Assembly (NCBI GenBank): GCA_002787155.1 | Contig: PCVY01000023.1 | Coordinates: 6,828-70,827 of the forward strand | Reading direction: 5' to 3' | Source: Candidatus Abzuiibacterium crystallinum | Lineage (GTDB): Bacteria; Omnitrophota; Omnitrophia; Omnitrophales; Abzuiibacteriaceae | Length of the DNA stretch: 64,000 nt | Shown here: positions 27,750 to 37,800 of the stretch, piece after piece | How the letters are laid out: the number at the start of each line of letters is the position of its first letter | Position numbering within the stretch: position 1 is the stretch's first letter | The notes under the pieces: model-generated | The model's database searches: none | The model's input: only the letters and a program-made list of their open reading frames with translations | Told to the model about the DNA's origin: nothing | Position numbers and translations under genes: made by a program

Positions 27750-29380
27750 AGTTTAATTATACCGCTCAAAACTTGAGTGTTGAGGAGTATAAGTGGCAGC
27801 GTTTTTTTGAGATTTTACCGGGGCTTACCAGCTGGCTGATCATCGTTGGCCTGGTTGTGTTGACAATTTTTCAGCCCATTTTGGGCGCTTGCGGTGTTAT
27901 TGCGCTCATGTTGTATTGGATCTTAAGACTTTCTTACCTGACCATTTTTCTGCTTATTTCTTTTTTCAGGTTTTCAATGGAAAAAGAAATTGATTGGTTG
28001 GCACTCGCACACCTCGCGAGCGGAACCGGTGATATGTCCCGGTCGAATCGGACGCGCAAGGGATTGCGTGCTTTTAAATATCGCTTAGCCTATTTGCTTC
28101 ACAAAAAAGAGATTGAGCAATTAAGAAAAAATACTCAACCAGTCCCGTCGATGGATAAACTGATTCATTTGGTCATGATACCCATTGTCAATGAGCCTAG
28201 TCAAATTTTGGAGCAAAGCATCCAAAGTCTTGCGGGAGGGTCATTTTCAGCCAAGCAATTACTCGTTGTTCTCGCTGTGGAGGAAAGATCATCTCAGACG
28301 ATACAAGAGAATGCCATTCGGCTGCAGAAAAGATTTCAAAAATATTTTTATGATTTTAAAATCATTGTCCATCCCGATGGCATACCCGGGGAAGCCAAGG
28401 TCAAGGGGGCAAATGTGACTTTTGCAGCCAAGAAAATGGCTGCTTACTTTAACGAAAAAGGTATTCAGTATGAAAATGTTATTTTGTCTTGCTTTGATGC
28501 CGACACGGTCGTGGATCCCCAGTACTTTGCCTGCCTGACTTATCAATTTTTAGTTTGTCCCGATCGATTGCAGTCTAGTTTTCAGCCGGTTCCGGTTTAT
28601 ACCAATAATATATGGCAAGCGCACGGGTTTACGCGCGTACTTGAAATGGGCGCCTCATTTTTCCAGCTCATTGAAGCCACCAATCCGGAAAAATTGGTCA
28701 CCTTTTCAAGTCACAGCATGAGTTTTAAGGTTCTCGCGGATATCAATTATTGGCCCGTTGATATGATTTCAGACGATTCCTCTATTTTTTGGAAAGCATT
28801 CATTTATTATGATGGTCATTACCAAGCTGTCCCGCTTTATGTGACGGTTTCAATGGATGTGGTCGATGCCGGTAGTTGGTGGAGAACAGCCGTGAATGTT
28901 TATAAACAAAAAAGAAGGTGGGCTTGGGGAATCGAAAATTTTCCTATTATCCTGCGGGCCTTTATGAAGGCTGAACAAATTTCATTTTATGATAAATTTC
29001 GCTATGCCTTTAAAATGTTCGAAAGTCATGTCTCATGGGCGACGTGGGCTTTCATTCTGTCGTTTGTCGGATGGGTTCCGGCGTTACTGGCCAGCCGCAC
29101 TTTCTCGGAAACCGTGCTTTATTACACAGCACCTCGGATTACACATTTAATTCTCAATCTTTCATTGGGCGCTTTGATCGTTAGTATTATCTTAAGTTTA
29201 TTGATGCTGCCCAAACGTAAAGTCAAACACTCTTTCCTTAAAAAAACGGGTTTTACTTTGCAATGGTTTTTGCTGCCATGGACTTTTATTTTCTTGGGAG
29301 CACTTCCGGCTTTGGATGCCCAAACGCGCTTAATGTTTGGAAAATACATGACCTTTTGGGTCACAGAAAAGAAAAGGTGA
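27746..29380 (+). CDS. processive family-2 glycosyltransferase (cellulose/chitin-synthase-like), integral membrane
   Basis: 544 aa. 'CFDADT' (DxD) and 'QKRRWAWG' (QxxRW), flanked by TM segments. Confidence 0.7.
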   Translation: MKFNYTAQNLSVEEYKWQRFFEILPGLTSWLIIVGLVVLTIFQPILGACGVIALMLYWILRLSYLTIFLLISFFRFSMEKEIDWLALAHLASGTGDMSRSNRTRKGLRAFKYRLAYLLHKKEIEQLRKNTQPVPSMDKLIHLVMIPIVNEPSQILEQSIQSLAGGSFSAKQLLVVLAVEERSSQTIQENAIRLQKRFQKYFYDFKIIVHPDGIPGEAKVKGANVTFAAKKMAAYFNEKGIQYENVILSCFDADTVVDPQYFACLTYQFLVCPDRLQSSFQPVPVYTNNIWQAHGFTRVLEMGASFFQLIEATNPEKLVTFSSHSMSFKVLADINYWPVDMISDDSSIFWKAFIYYDGHYQAVPLYVTVSMDVVDAGSWWRTAVNVYKQKRRWAWGIENFPIILRAFMKAEQISFYDKFRYAFKMFESHVSWATWAFILSFVGWVPALLASRTFSETVLYYTAPRITHLILNLSLGALIVSIILSLLMLPKRKVKHSFLKKTGFTLQWFLLPWTFIFLGALPALDAQTRLMFGKYMTFWVTEKKR

Positions 29381-29416
29381 TTTGATGAGACGGTCTGAGC
29401 GGTATGAGAGGGGCGC

Positions 29417-30064
29417 ATGAAATTTAAATTACCGATTGACCAAAGAGCTTGGCCGGGTTCGGCAATCCTCTTGGCGCTCTCTTTTTTGCTTTATTTTATA
29501 TGTCATCTGCCTGGCTGGGCGTTGGTTGTTTTTATTTTATGGATGGGGCATTTGGTTTTTTTCAGGGATTTGCCTTGCCGTCCTCAGGAAACGAATGTCA
29601 TTTATTCACCCGCCTGCGGCACGGTGGTTGACATTGAAACGGTGGCGGAAGATCAATTTTTAAAAACCGCCTGTATCAAAATAGGCATTTTTTTATCCAT
29701 TTTTGACGGACATGTAACTTTGGCGCCCTTAACGGGAGAAATCGATCACATTCAATATGTCCCGGGCAAGTTTTTGAATGCCCTTAAACAGGATTCGGCA
29801 CTCAAAAATGAGGCCAATTGGATCGTGTTGAAAAAGGAGGGAAAAAAAGTTGTCGTCAAGCAAATCACTGGTGCCATTGCCCGCCGCATTTATTGTGATG
29901 TGAAAGTTGGAGAAAAGGTTGCAGTTGGCCGGAAAATGGGTATTATCTGTTATGGTTCTCGTGTCGAAGTCTATATACCAGAGGGCATGAGCCGGTTACA
30001 GGTTCGCAAAGGGGATTATGTGCGTGCCGGTCAATCAATCTTAGGAGCATGGATAAATGAATGA
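29417..30064 (+). CDS. psd: phosphatidylserine decarboxylase-related (short/archaeal-type) proenzyme
   Basis: 215 aa. 'GRKMGIICYGSRVEVYIP' has a GS(R/T) self-cleavage-like motif. Paired with pssA. Confidence 0.65.
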   Translation: MKFKLPIDQRAWPGSAILLALSFLLYFICHLPGWALVVFILWMGHLVFFRDLPCRPQETNVIYSPACGTVVDIETVAEDQFLKTACIKIGIFLSIFDGHVTLAPLTGEIDHIQYVPGKFLNALKQDSALKNEANWIVLKKEGKKVVVKQITGAIARRIYCDVKVGEKVAVGRKMGIICYGSRVEVYIPEGMSRLQVRKGDYVRAGQSILGAWINE

Positions 30065-30812
30065 TCAAATCGGGAGTGATCATCCAGGGCTGGCATCTTG
30101 GATTCCCAATATCCTGACGTTTCTCAACTTGTGTACGGGTTTTTTAGCTTTACTCAAGATACATCAGGGTTATTTTTTTCAGGCGGTTTGGTTAATCGTA
30201 TTGTGTCTTGTTTGGGATTCACTCGACGGAAACATTGCCCGGATATTTAAAGTGACTTCACAATTGGGCCGCGAGCTTGATTCTTTGGCGGATGCCGTTT
30301 CATTTGTAGTGGCGCCTACATTTTTGGTTACGATCTATATGTGGTCACAGTTAGATATCCAAGTTCTTTTCTTTGCCGGTATTTTCTTGGTGGCCGGCGT
30401 TTACCGTCTGGCTCGTTTCAATTTAAAACCACCCGTCGCTTATTACTTTAAAGGTTTGCCGACGCCTGCTGCTGCAATTGCTTTAAGCATGACCGTTCTG
30501 GCCCACATGAAAAGTGCCGATCTTCATCCCGAAATTTCCAATTTTTCTTTGTTGTTACTGATGATCTTGCTCAGTATCTTGATGGTCAGCAAAGTCCCTT
30601 ATCCCAAAATATCTGCTTTACCATTCAAGAATTGGCAGATTCTGTCTTATGCCAGCTTGATCATTTTTGCTCTCACAACCTGGATGGTTAATTTGGAATC
30701 TGGAGCGGTCATGATTATTTATCTTTTTTTAGCTTTTTCACCTTTTTGTCGTCAACCTGAATCACCGGCAGTGATGGATCCCTCCGGGGCGCACGCACCT
30801 ATCCCCAAATAA
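30057..30812 (+). CDS. pssA: CDP-alcohol phosphatidyltransferase (phosphatidylserine synthase-like)
   Basis: 251 aa. 'DSLDGNIARIFKVTSQLGRELDSLADAVSF' matches D-x2-DG-x2-AR...G-x3-D-x3-D. Confidence 0.8.
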   Translation: MNDQIGSDHPGLASWIPNILTFLNLCTGFLALLKIHQGYFFQAVWLIVLCLVWDSLDGNIARIFKVTSQLGRELDSLADAVSFVVAPTFLVTIYMWSQLDIQVLFFAGIFLVAGVYRLARFNLKPPVAYYFKGLPTPAAAIALSMTVLAHMKSADLHPEISNFSLLLLMILLSILMVSKVPYPKISALPFKNWQILSYASLIIFALTTWMVNLESGAVMIIYLFLAFSPFCRQPESPAVMDPSGAHAPIPK

Positions 30813-30822
30813 AGCAGATTTC

Positions 30823-31425
30823 ATGCTCATTAGTTTTCTCCTTGGTTTCGTCGTTGCTTTGCTTAGTTGGCAGGTTAATTTAATTGCGACACATCAAGGA
30901 TTGCGCTACCGCCGGAGCGCAGCTTTCGCCGCAGGGATTGGTGCTACCTTTGGGGATTTGATTTACTTAGCGATTGCGCTCACCGGCAGCATTCGATTAG
31001 AACAGTTTCCGCAAGCCTGGTGGCTCATTAAATGGATCAGTGCGCTCGTTATTATTTTTATGGCTGCGCGCATGTTTTTTTACCCCATCGAATTAGCAGA
31101 TTCTCAAATGACGGCTGAAAAAGCGCATGTGCATAGTTTCGCGTTTGGTTTCATTCTGGTCGTCGGAAATCCGTTAATTCTTCTCATTTGGTTCGTGATT
31201 GTTAATTCTTTTTTGGAAGAAGTATTAAACCTTCATCGTCCCATGATGCAGGTCTTCATTTTGGCAGGTTTTTTCTTGGGCAGCTTATCCTGGTTTGCTC
31301 TATTAGCAGGTTTTCTGCTCGAGAAGATAAATCGTTTGGAAACGAAGTATCTGCAACAATTCTCGCGCGCAGGCGGTATCCTCCTCTTATTTGCCGGCAT
31401 CATGACACTACTGAAACATATCTAA
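30823..31425 (+). CDS. LysE/RhtB-type small membrane exporter (tentative)
   Basis: 200 aa with 5-6 TM segments. Assignment rests on a loose family resemblance. Confidence 0.45.
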   Translation: MLISFLLGFVVALLSWQVNLIATHQGLRYRRSAAFAAGIGATFGDLIYLAIALTGSIRLEQFPQAWWLIKWISALVIIFMAARMFFYPIELADSQMTAEKAHVHSFAFGFILVVGNPLILLIWFVIVNSFLEEVLNLHRPMMQVFILAGFFLGSLSWFALLAGFLLEKINRLETKYLQQFSRAGGILLLFAGIMTLLKHI

Positions 31426-31701
31426 ACAGTTCTTCACTATTCCGTATATATATGAGTCATCGGGGAATCAATCCCCGCTGGCTCAGGGTGAGAGGTCTGG
31501 AAACTCCCAGACCCCTCATATATATAAAATATGACCTAATATATGACTATTATAAAATAGAATTATATTATATTAATGTAAGTTGTTTATATATAATGAC
31601 TTACATATCATATTTTTTTCATTTCTATCCTTGTAATTTACCGGATATGCGGTAGACTTTCTAAAGTGCTTTAGTAAGTCAGTTCGCATGGTAAATAATG
31701 C
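31426..31701. promoter_or_regulatory. AT-rich 276-nt intergenic region upstream of the giant gene: 12-bp inverted repeat TATATATATGAG/CTCATATATATA (31445-31456 / 31515-31526) enclosing two GC hairpins, then a highly AT-rich presumed promoter tract with a GTAAGT..ACTTAC inverted repeat
   Basis: Read directly. I could not assign -35/-10 hexamers with confidence. Confidence 0.4.
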
Positions 31702-31800
31702 ATGTTCATCCCTAAAAATATCCAGAGAGCCATAGCCTTTTTTCTTGCCATTTCATTCTCTTTATCGAATGGCCCAACGCTTTTACTTGCCGAAACTTAT
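31702..31800 (+). other. N-terminal signal-peptide-like / signal-anchor segment of the giant protein
   Basis: 'MFIPKNIQRAIAFFLAISFSLSNGPTLLLAETY': positively charged n-region (K5, R9), a 12-aa hydrophobic core, possible cleavage at LLA|ETY. Confidence 0.45.
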
Positions 31801-34800
31801 CCGGGAAGCAGCCTGCCATACCATGCGAGCTCTGTGAATCCAAATGCTATTTTGGATTCCCTTAAGCTTCCCGGTGAGTTAGGCATTGTTCAAGAGGTTT
31901 ATAGCGCGGTACCAGGTACAACGGTGCCAGGTTCACAGAACCCGGCACCGGCTGTACCTGGTACCGGAATTGGTTTCAAAGTTAATCAACTGGTCATCCT
32001 CGTGCAAAATGCCCACGCCAATTATGATTCAGAGTCAAACGTCCGCAAAATCATCCAGTTCTTCCAAGAGCACTATCAATTAGGACTTGTTTTACTGGAA
32101 GGCGGGGAAGGCAAGTTAGACCCGCTTTTTTTTAAATCTTTTCCCGATGGCAAAATAAAAGAAAAACTGCTGGATCAATATTTAAAACATGGGGATTTAC
32201 AAGGCGGTGAAGCAGCAGCCATTTTGAATCATTCAAACAACCCAACGAGTTATTGGGGCATTGAAGATGAAACTTTGTACCAGCAAAACAAAGCGGCCTT
32301 CTTAAAAGCCATTGTTCAAACGGATCAAATCTTAAAACAGCTTACTCAAAAAGAAGCCGCACTCGAGGAAAACATTGCTTCATTGCCTGAATCATCACAA
32401 ACCTTTTACAAGGCTTGGCAGGCTTTTCATGCGGATGAGATGAATTTGCTGGAATACGTGAAAACGTTAGCTGAGCATACATCGGGTACCGGTTCTGTTG
32501 ACAGTGTCATTCCCGCTCGTCTTTGGCGGGAATCTACTGTGATCGGTGCTCTTGTGCGCTCATTTCCCGAACTTGCCAAATTGTTGGAAGTAGAGAAAGG
32601 CGAGCAAGCCCTCCAAAAAAGCGAAATTGACATGACCGTCAACCAACTGTTGAAAGAATTTCAATCAACTGCGCTGCCGGCGCTGTCAGTCGAATCACAG
32701 AAAGAATGGGGCCAGCGGATCCAGGATTATCAAACCGGCCGGCTCGGCGTGGGTTTTTTGATCAAACAGCTTGAAAGTTTTCTTACCATTCCCGATGTTC
32801 TAAAACCTGCTATTCAGCACGCCCAAACCATTTCTTCCGTCCGGGGAACAGAAATATTCCATGAACTTGAGCATTTAGAGAATGCTGTTCGCGATCAATT
32901 GCCGGGGCGTGAGCGCCTTCATCAAGTTAACGAACTGCATCTCTTGAAACGGTTTGCGCGTTTAGAAATTACACATGAAGAGTGGAAGGTCATTGCGAGC
33001 GCAGCGAAGCAATCTCAAGACCAAGGATTGCTTCGGTCATTTCATTCCCTCGCAATGACAGAAATGCTTAAGAACCATTTCACTTTCTACCAACTCGCAC
33101 TCAAGCGTGACGGCATTTTATCCGGCCGCATTCTCGAAATCATGCGCCGTGAATCTCAAAAAGTTTCGCTCGTGGTGACCGGCGGTTTTCATGAAAGCGG
33201 TATCAAAGAGCGCCTCCGGGCAAACGGCACCGCTTATGTTTTGATTTCTCCTGCGATTCAGGAAGTCGGATCAAACGAGGCTTACCTCAATGCCATGCAC
33301 GACAAGCGTTCTTTTATGAAATATTTTCAAGGCAGTTATTGGGATGCTTTGGCAAAGGATTACATGCAGCAATCGTCAGCGGCTGCGGGTCCGCAGGAAG
33401 AAAAGTTTATTTTTAAGCAGTGGCGCGATCAACTCATCCAAAACACGCTGCAGGAGGGCAGAATCACGCAGGCAACGCGTTACACGCGCTATTTGGATTC
33501 ATTTTTACAAACCGAGGGAAAACCAGCGGATGACAAAGTTGGCAGAAAAACTCAATTAGAAGGTGCTTTCGAAAGTTTCCTTTCAACTTATTTTAAACAG
33601 CATCAAGCTGATTTGAATGCCAAGCTTGATCATTTTGCGGCAGGTTTCAAAAATATGCTCACACAGGGCACCTTCACGCAAGGGGCGGTCGAAGCCTTGT
33701 TGCGTCAAACACAAGTCCTGCAAACGGCTCAACTCGCACCGGATCTCGCTTTGATTCCGGCCTGGAACCAATTTCATTTAAGTGAAGCAACGATTGAAAC
33801 ACTGCCTGATATCAACCAACCTCTTTGGCTCGAGCACAAGCAAAAATCCGAACTCAGGAGTGAAGAGGTAGACTCTGATTATTGGTATGCTTATGGTGAG
33901 GAATTCCTTATTTTGATGGAAGAGGTGGGGTACCGGATAGATGAAACTGACCTTGAAGGTGATATAACTCTGGAGGTAGAGACAGTATCAGACGATCGCT
34001 TTCCTAAAGATTTTAGCAAATTAGCTAAAAGTGTTCCCGAATCGGACCTCACACGTTTACGCGACACATATATCCATATTCTAAAGAATGCCATTGGGAA
34101 AAGTCGAACACTTGAGGAGATAGTTGAAGGCTTGAGCACTTTAATATTAAGGCAGGCAGGAATTCGATTAAATGACAGAAAATTAATTGAAGCCATTACT
34201 GATATTTTACTAACCTATAAAGAAAAAGGGGTGACGGGACCCACCCTGCAGCTGCGCCACGTTTATCTATTTCCAAGATATGGTGATGTGAATGAAATCA
34301 TTCAATTACTGGCCAACCATCGAGGGAAACGCGGAACCTTGAGCCAAACCCAACGGCAACTGATTGCACAGCAACTCGAAAACATGAAAGAGCAATGGCA
34401 AGCAAATTACGAAAGAGCTCAAGCCGAAAAAACCGAAGAACCTAAGGTTGATGGTCAACCCAAAACCGGTGAATCGCTTTGGCTGGAGGGTCAACCAAAA
34501 CCCGAACTCAGAAACGCAAAAGATTATACTCAGATGAGTGTCAAAGAATTGCTTGTAGAACTTCAATCAACTCGAAGTCAAAGTAGTCAAGTCAATTTTA
34601 AAATACTTAGGATTACCAGCGAGCTGGAGCAGCGCTCAGAGAAGATGTTAGACAGCGAGATAGTGGCGACTATCAATGCTTTACTTTCTGCATTGATGTT
34701 AATTGAGCCATCCAGCGAGGATGCGCTTCACGCTCACACTTCATTGAGGGCGGTGTTAGAACGATTGATAGAGGAAGTCTCTCAAGATGAGCTTGTTTCT

Positions 34801-37800
34801 ATAATCCCTGTTTTACATACAACACTTGAACAAATTCACGGAACGAGCAGTCAAGCCAATATGGCCAGAGTAACCATTACACGAATATTGGAAAAACTCT
34901 CGAAAAAGGTTCCTCTCCCTGCGTTGGCCAGTATTCAGAATGCCTTACTTTTAGCGCTCAAATTGACCGAAGGTTCAGATATTGATACAAGTCACACCAG
35001 AAATAACATAGCTCATTGCTTGGCTTTGGTCACACTGCGTTATTATCAGGTTATTCATTTGACTGATAATAGGTTACCCTTCATCAGTTTAGAAAAACTT
35101 TTGTCAATGGTAAGTTCCGGTCCGGATCGTATTTCACTTTTTCCTATTTATGGGGATCTTGAAGTGATTGGTCAAATCCTGCAATCTCAAGACCAGACAA
35201 ACATGATACAACAACTGAATGCTTACCGGGAACAATTGATGGCACAGTATCAAAGGGAACAGAGATCAGGGATCAGGGGACAGGGAACAGGGAACAGCTT
35301 GCCGGATCATGATCCGCTTTGGACAGCGGGGGTTGCCGGCGGCGTGAATGCGGGAGCAGGAGCTGACCGAGCAGAATTAAGAAACAAAAACTATTCCCAA
35401 ATGACAGCAGACGAACTGCTGCAAGCGCTCAAGTCTGTTCAAGGGACGAATGAAGCGTCGACGGATACTAGACGAGCTCTTTCAAATGCGCTGAATGCTG
35501 CTTTCAGAAGAATGAATCAAGAAGAACTACCCGCCATTTTTCAGGACTCGCTCGCCGCGATCAAAGAAATTGGTGAAAGTGATGAGCGCACTCAAGCTAG
35601 AGATTGGATTGCCATGCCACTCTTTGCCCTCATCCAAAAGATTGACGAGGATCAGCTTGCTTTCGTCTTTGAAAATCTGATAGCTGTTCTAAGAGAAATA
35701 AAAGGATCGAGTCATGCGGCGATTCAAGTACGATTCAGCATCATACAAAATTTAATCTTGATTGTGCACCGCCGTCATCATCGATCTTACACAAGCCCCG
35801 GGGATAAACTCGCTCAGGCGCTTCACGTCCTTTTCTCAGCTGCTTCTTCAAAAGTCTGGGTTTTTGAAACGTATGGCAGTTTACATGCGTTGGATCAAAT
35901 CTTTGAATCCAAAGATGACAAAACAATCATTGCAAAACTGAGCGCTTACAGGGAACAATTAATCGCACTGTCTCTAAGGGAAGAAGCGCCGCGGGTCAAG
36001 GGTCAAGAGCAGCAAGACACGGGCGGCGGATCAGGGGACACGGATCAAAATGATTCCATCTGGGCAGCCACTGTCTTGGGGCCTGCGAATGTGAGCGCCT
36101 CTATCAAAATTCATTCATCACGGTCTGAATTACGCATGAAACGCCGTTTGGATCCTTTAGATCAACTCTTGAATGATCTTAAGTCACTCAAAGGTTCGGG
36201 TGATACCACAAACGGCATCAGGGCAGATCTTGCGGATGCCCTGACAACATTGGGCAGAAAATTAACCGAATCTCAATTATTTCTTATCGTTGATCCCATC
36301 ATTACACAATTAGAACAAATTGAAGGATCACGATATACGGCCAATCGGGCAAAACTGGCCATTACCTCATTCATTAATATGGCAGCATCGCGCCTTTCGC
36401 CTACTCAACTGGGCGGTTTGGTTAAGCCATTATTTAACCAAATTGTGTTCAAACGTGAACTGGAAGAATTGACTTCAAACATACCAGTTTCATTTGGCGA
36501 CAGTTTGCTGGAAGTTGTCAGAGAAATCGATCAAACCCAATTACAGGAAGTGGCACGTTTACTGTTTGATTATTTAACAAATCTTCCGGATGACTTGGAA
36601 TACACAAATCTAAGTCTACGTTCTATTTGCCGGGCTTTGACAATGGTATTTAAACGTATCGATACCTTCCCATGGTCGGAAGCAGTTGCTGCGTTTAAAA
36701 CATTACACAGAAACACTGAGCAGACCCGAACATTCTACCCAGCCTTTCCATGGATTTCAGATGTTTTAGCCATGGCGCTCCTCAGAATGCACCAGATTGA
36801 AATTGAAAAAGGGAGGGACAGCCTTTTTTCTGCGCTTTCCCGTCTTTTGGAGTTTCATAAGGACGACACGGTTCTTTTTCTGCGTCATGGAGATTTTAAC
36901 GAAGTTAATTCCATCCTCCAGTCTCACGCGGATCGTTCTACCAAAACCGCGCAACTCAATCATTACCGCGAACAATTACTGGCCTTACATCAAAGGGAAC
37001 AGGGAGCAGGGAGCAGGGAACAGGGAACTCCGCCACACAGCGTCGGGCGGATCCGTCCTCCGGCGGAAGGGATCAGGTCACAGGATACGGATCACGAACT
37101 CTGGCTCAGCGGACCGGTGGGGGCAGGAGCAGTTGGTGTTGGCGCAGCAGTGTTGAATACCAAATCGGAGCTCCGAACTCATGGAGATGATGAATATGAT
37201 GTCATGGGTTTTGAGTCAAAATATTGGAAAATGGATTTAAACGAGTTACTCGATGAACTTTGGTTCATCTTATGGTTCAACGAAGAAGGGTGGGGAAAAA
37301 GTTTTGATAGGAACACCATTATTGAAATTACCGATCATATTCAAAGGAAAAGTAAGGAAGCCGATCAAGATGAACTTGTTCCTGCCGCCCGGCGGCTTTT
37401 TGATGCTTTGGAAAAAACGGTGAAGTATTTCAATCGTGACACGGCGGCACCGCACTTGGCGGTTGCCAGAGCGCTTGCGGCCGTTCATTGGAAGATTCAT
37501 GGTTTCAATACTTCGGAATGGTCAAACGAGTTATTTTTGACGCTCGAAGATATTTTTGTAATTGCCATCGGTGAGAAATCACTTTTCTTAAGTTACAGCA
37601 GCCCGGCTGCCATTAAGCAAATTCTTGAGCTCAAAGATCAAAATGCCATGATTTACCAACTCAAAGCGCTGCGCGAACAAATTCTTGCCGCCTATCAAAG
37701 AGAACAGGGAACAGGGGACTCCGCCGCACATCGTCGGGCGGATCCGTCCTCCGGCGGAAGGGAGCAGGAACCGCGGGACACGGGATCACATGAGCCTCTT

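Noticed and set aside
31452-31655. 67-aa + ORF in the AT-rich region before the giant gene
   Set aside because: Translation is dominated by Tyr/Ile/Leu from AT-rich DNA and overlaps inverted repeats. Better explained as a regulatory region.
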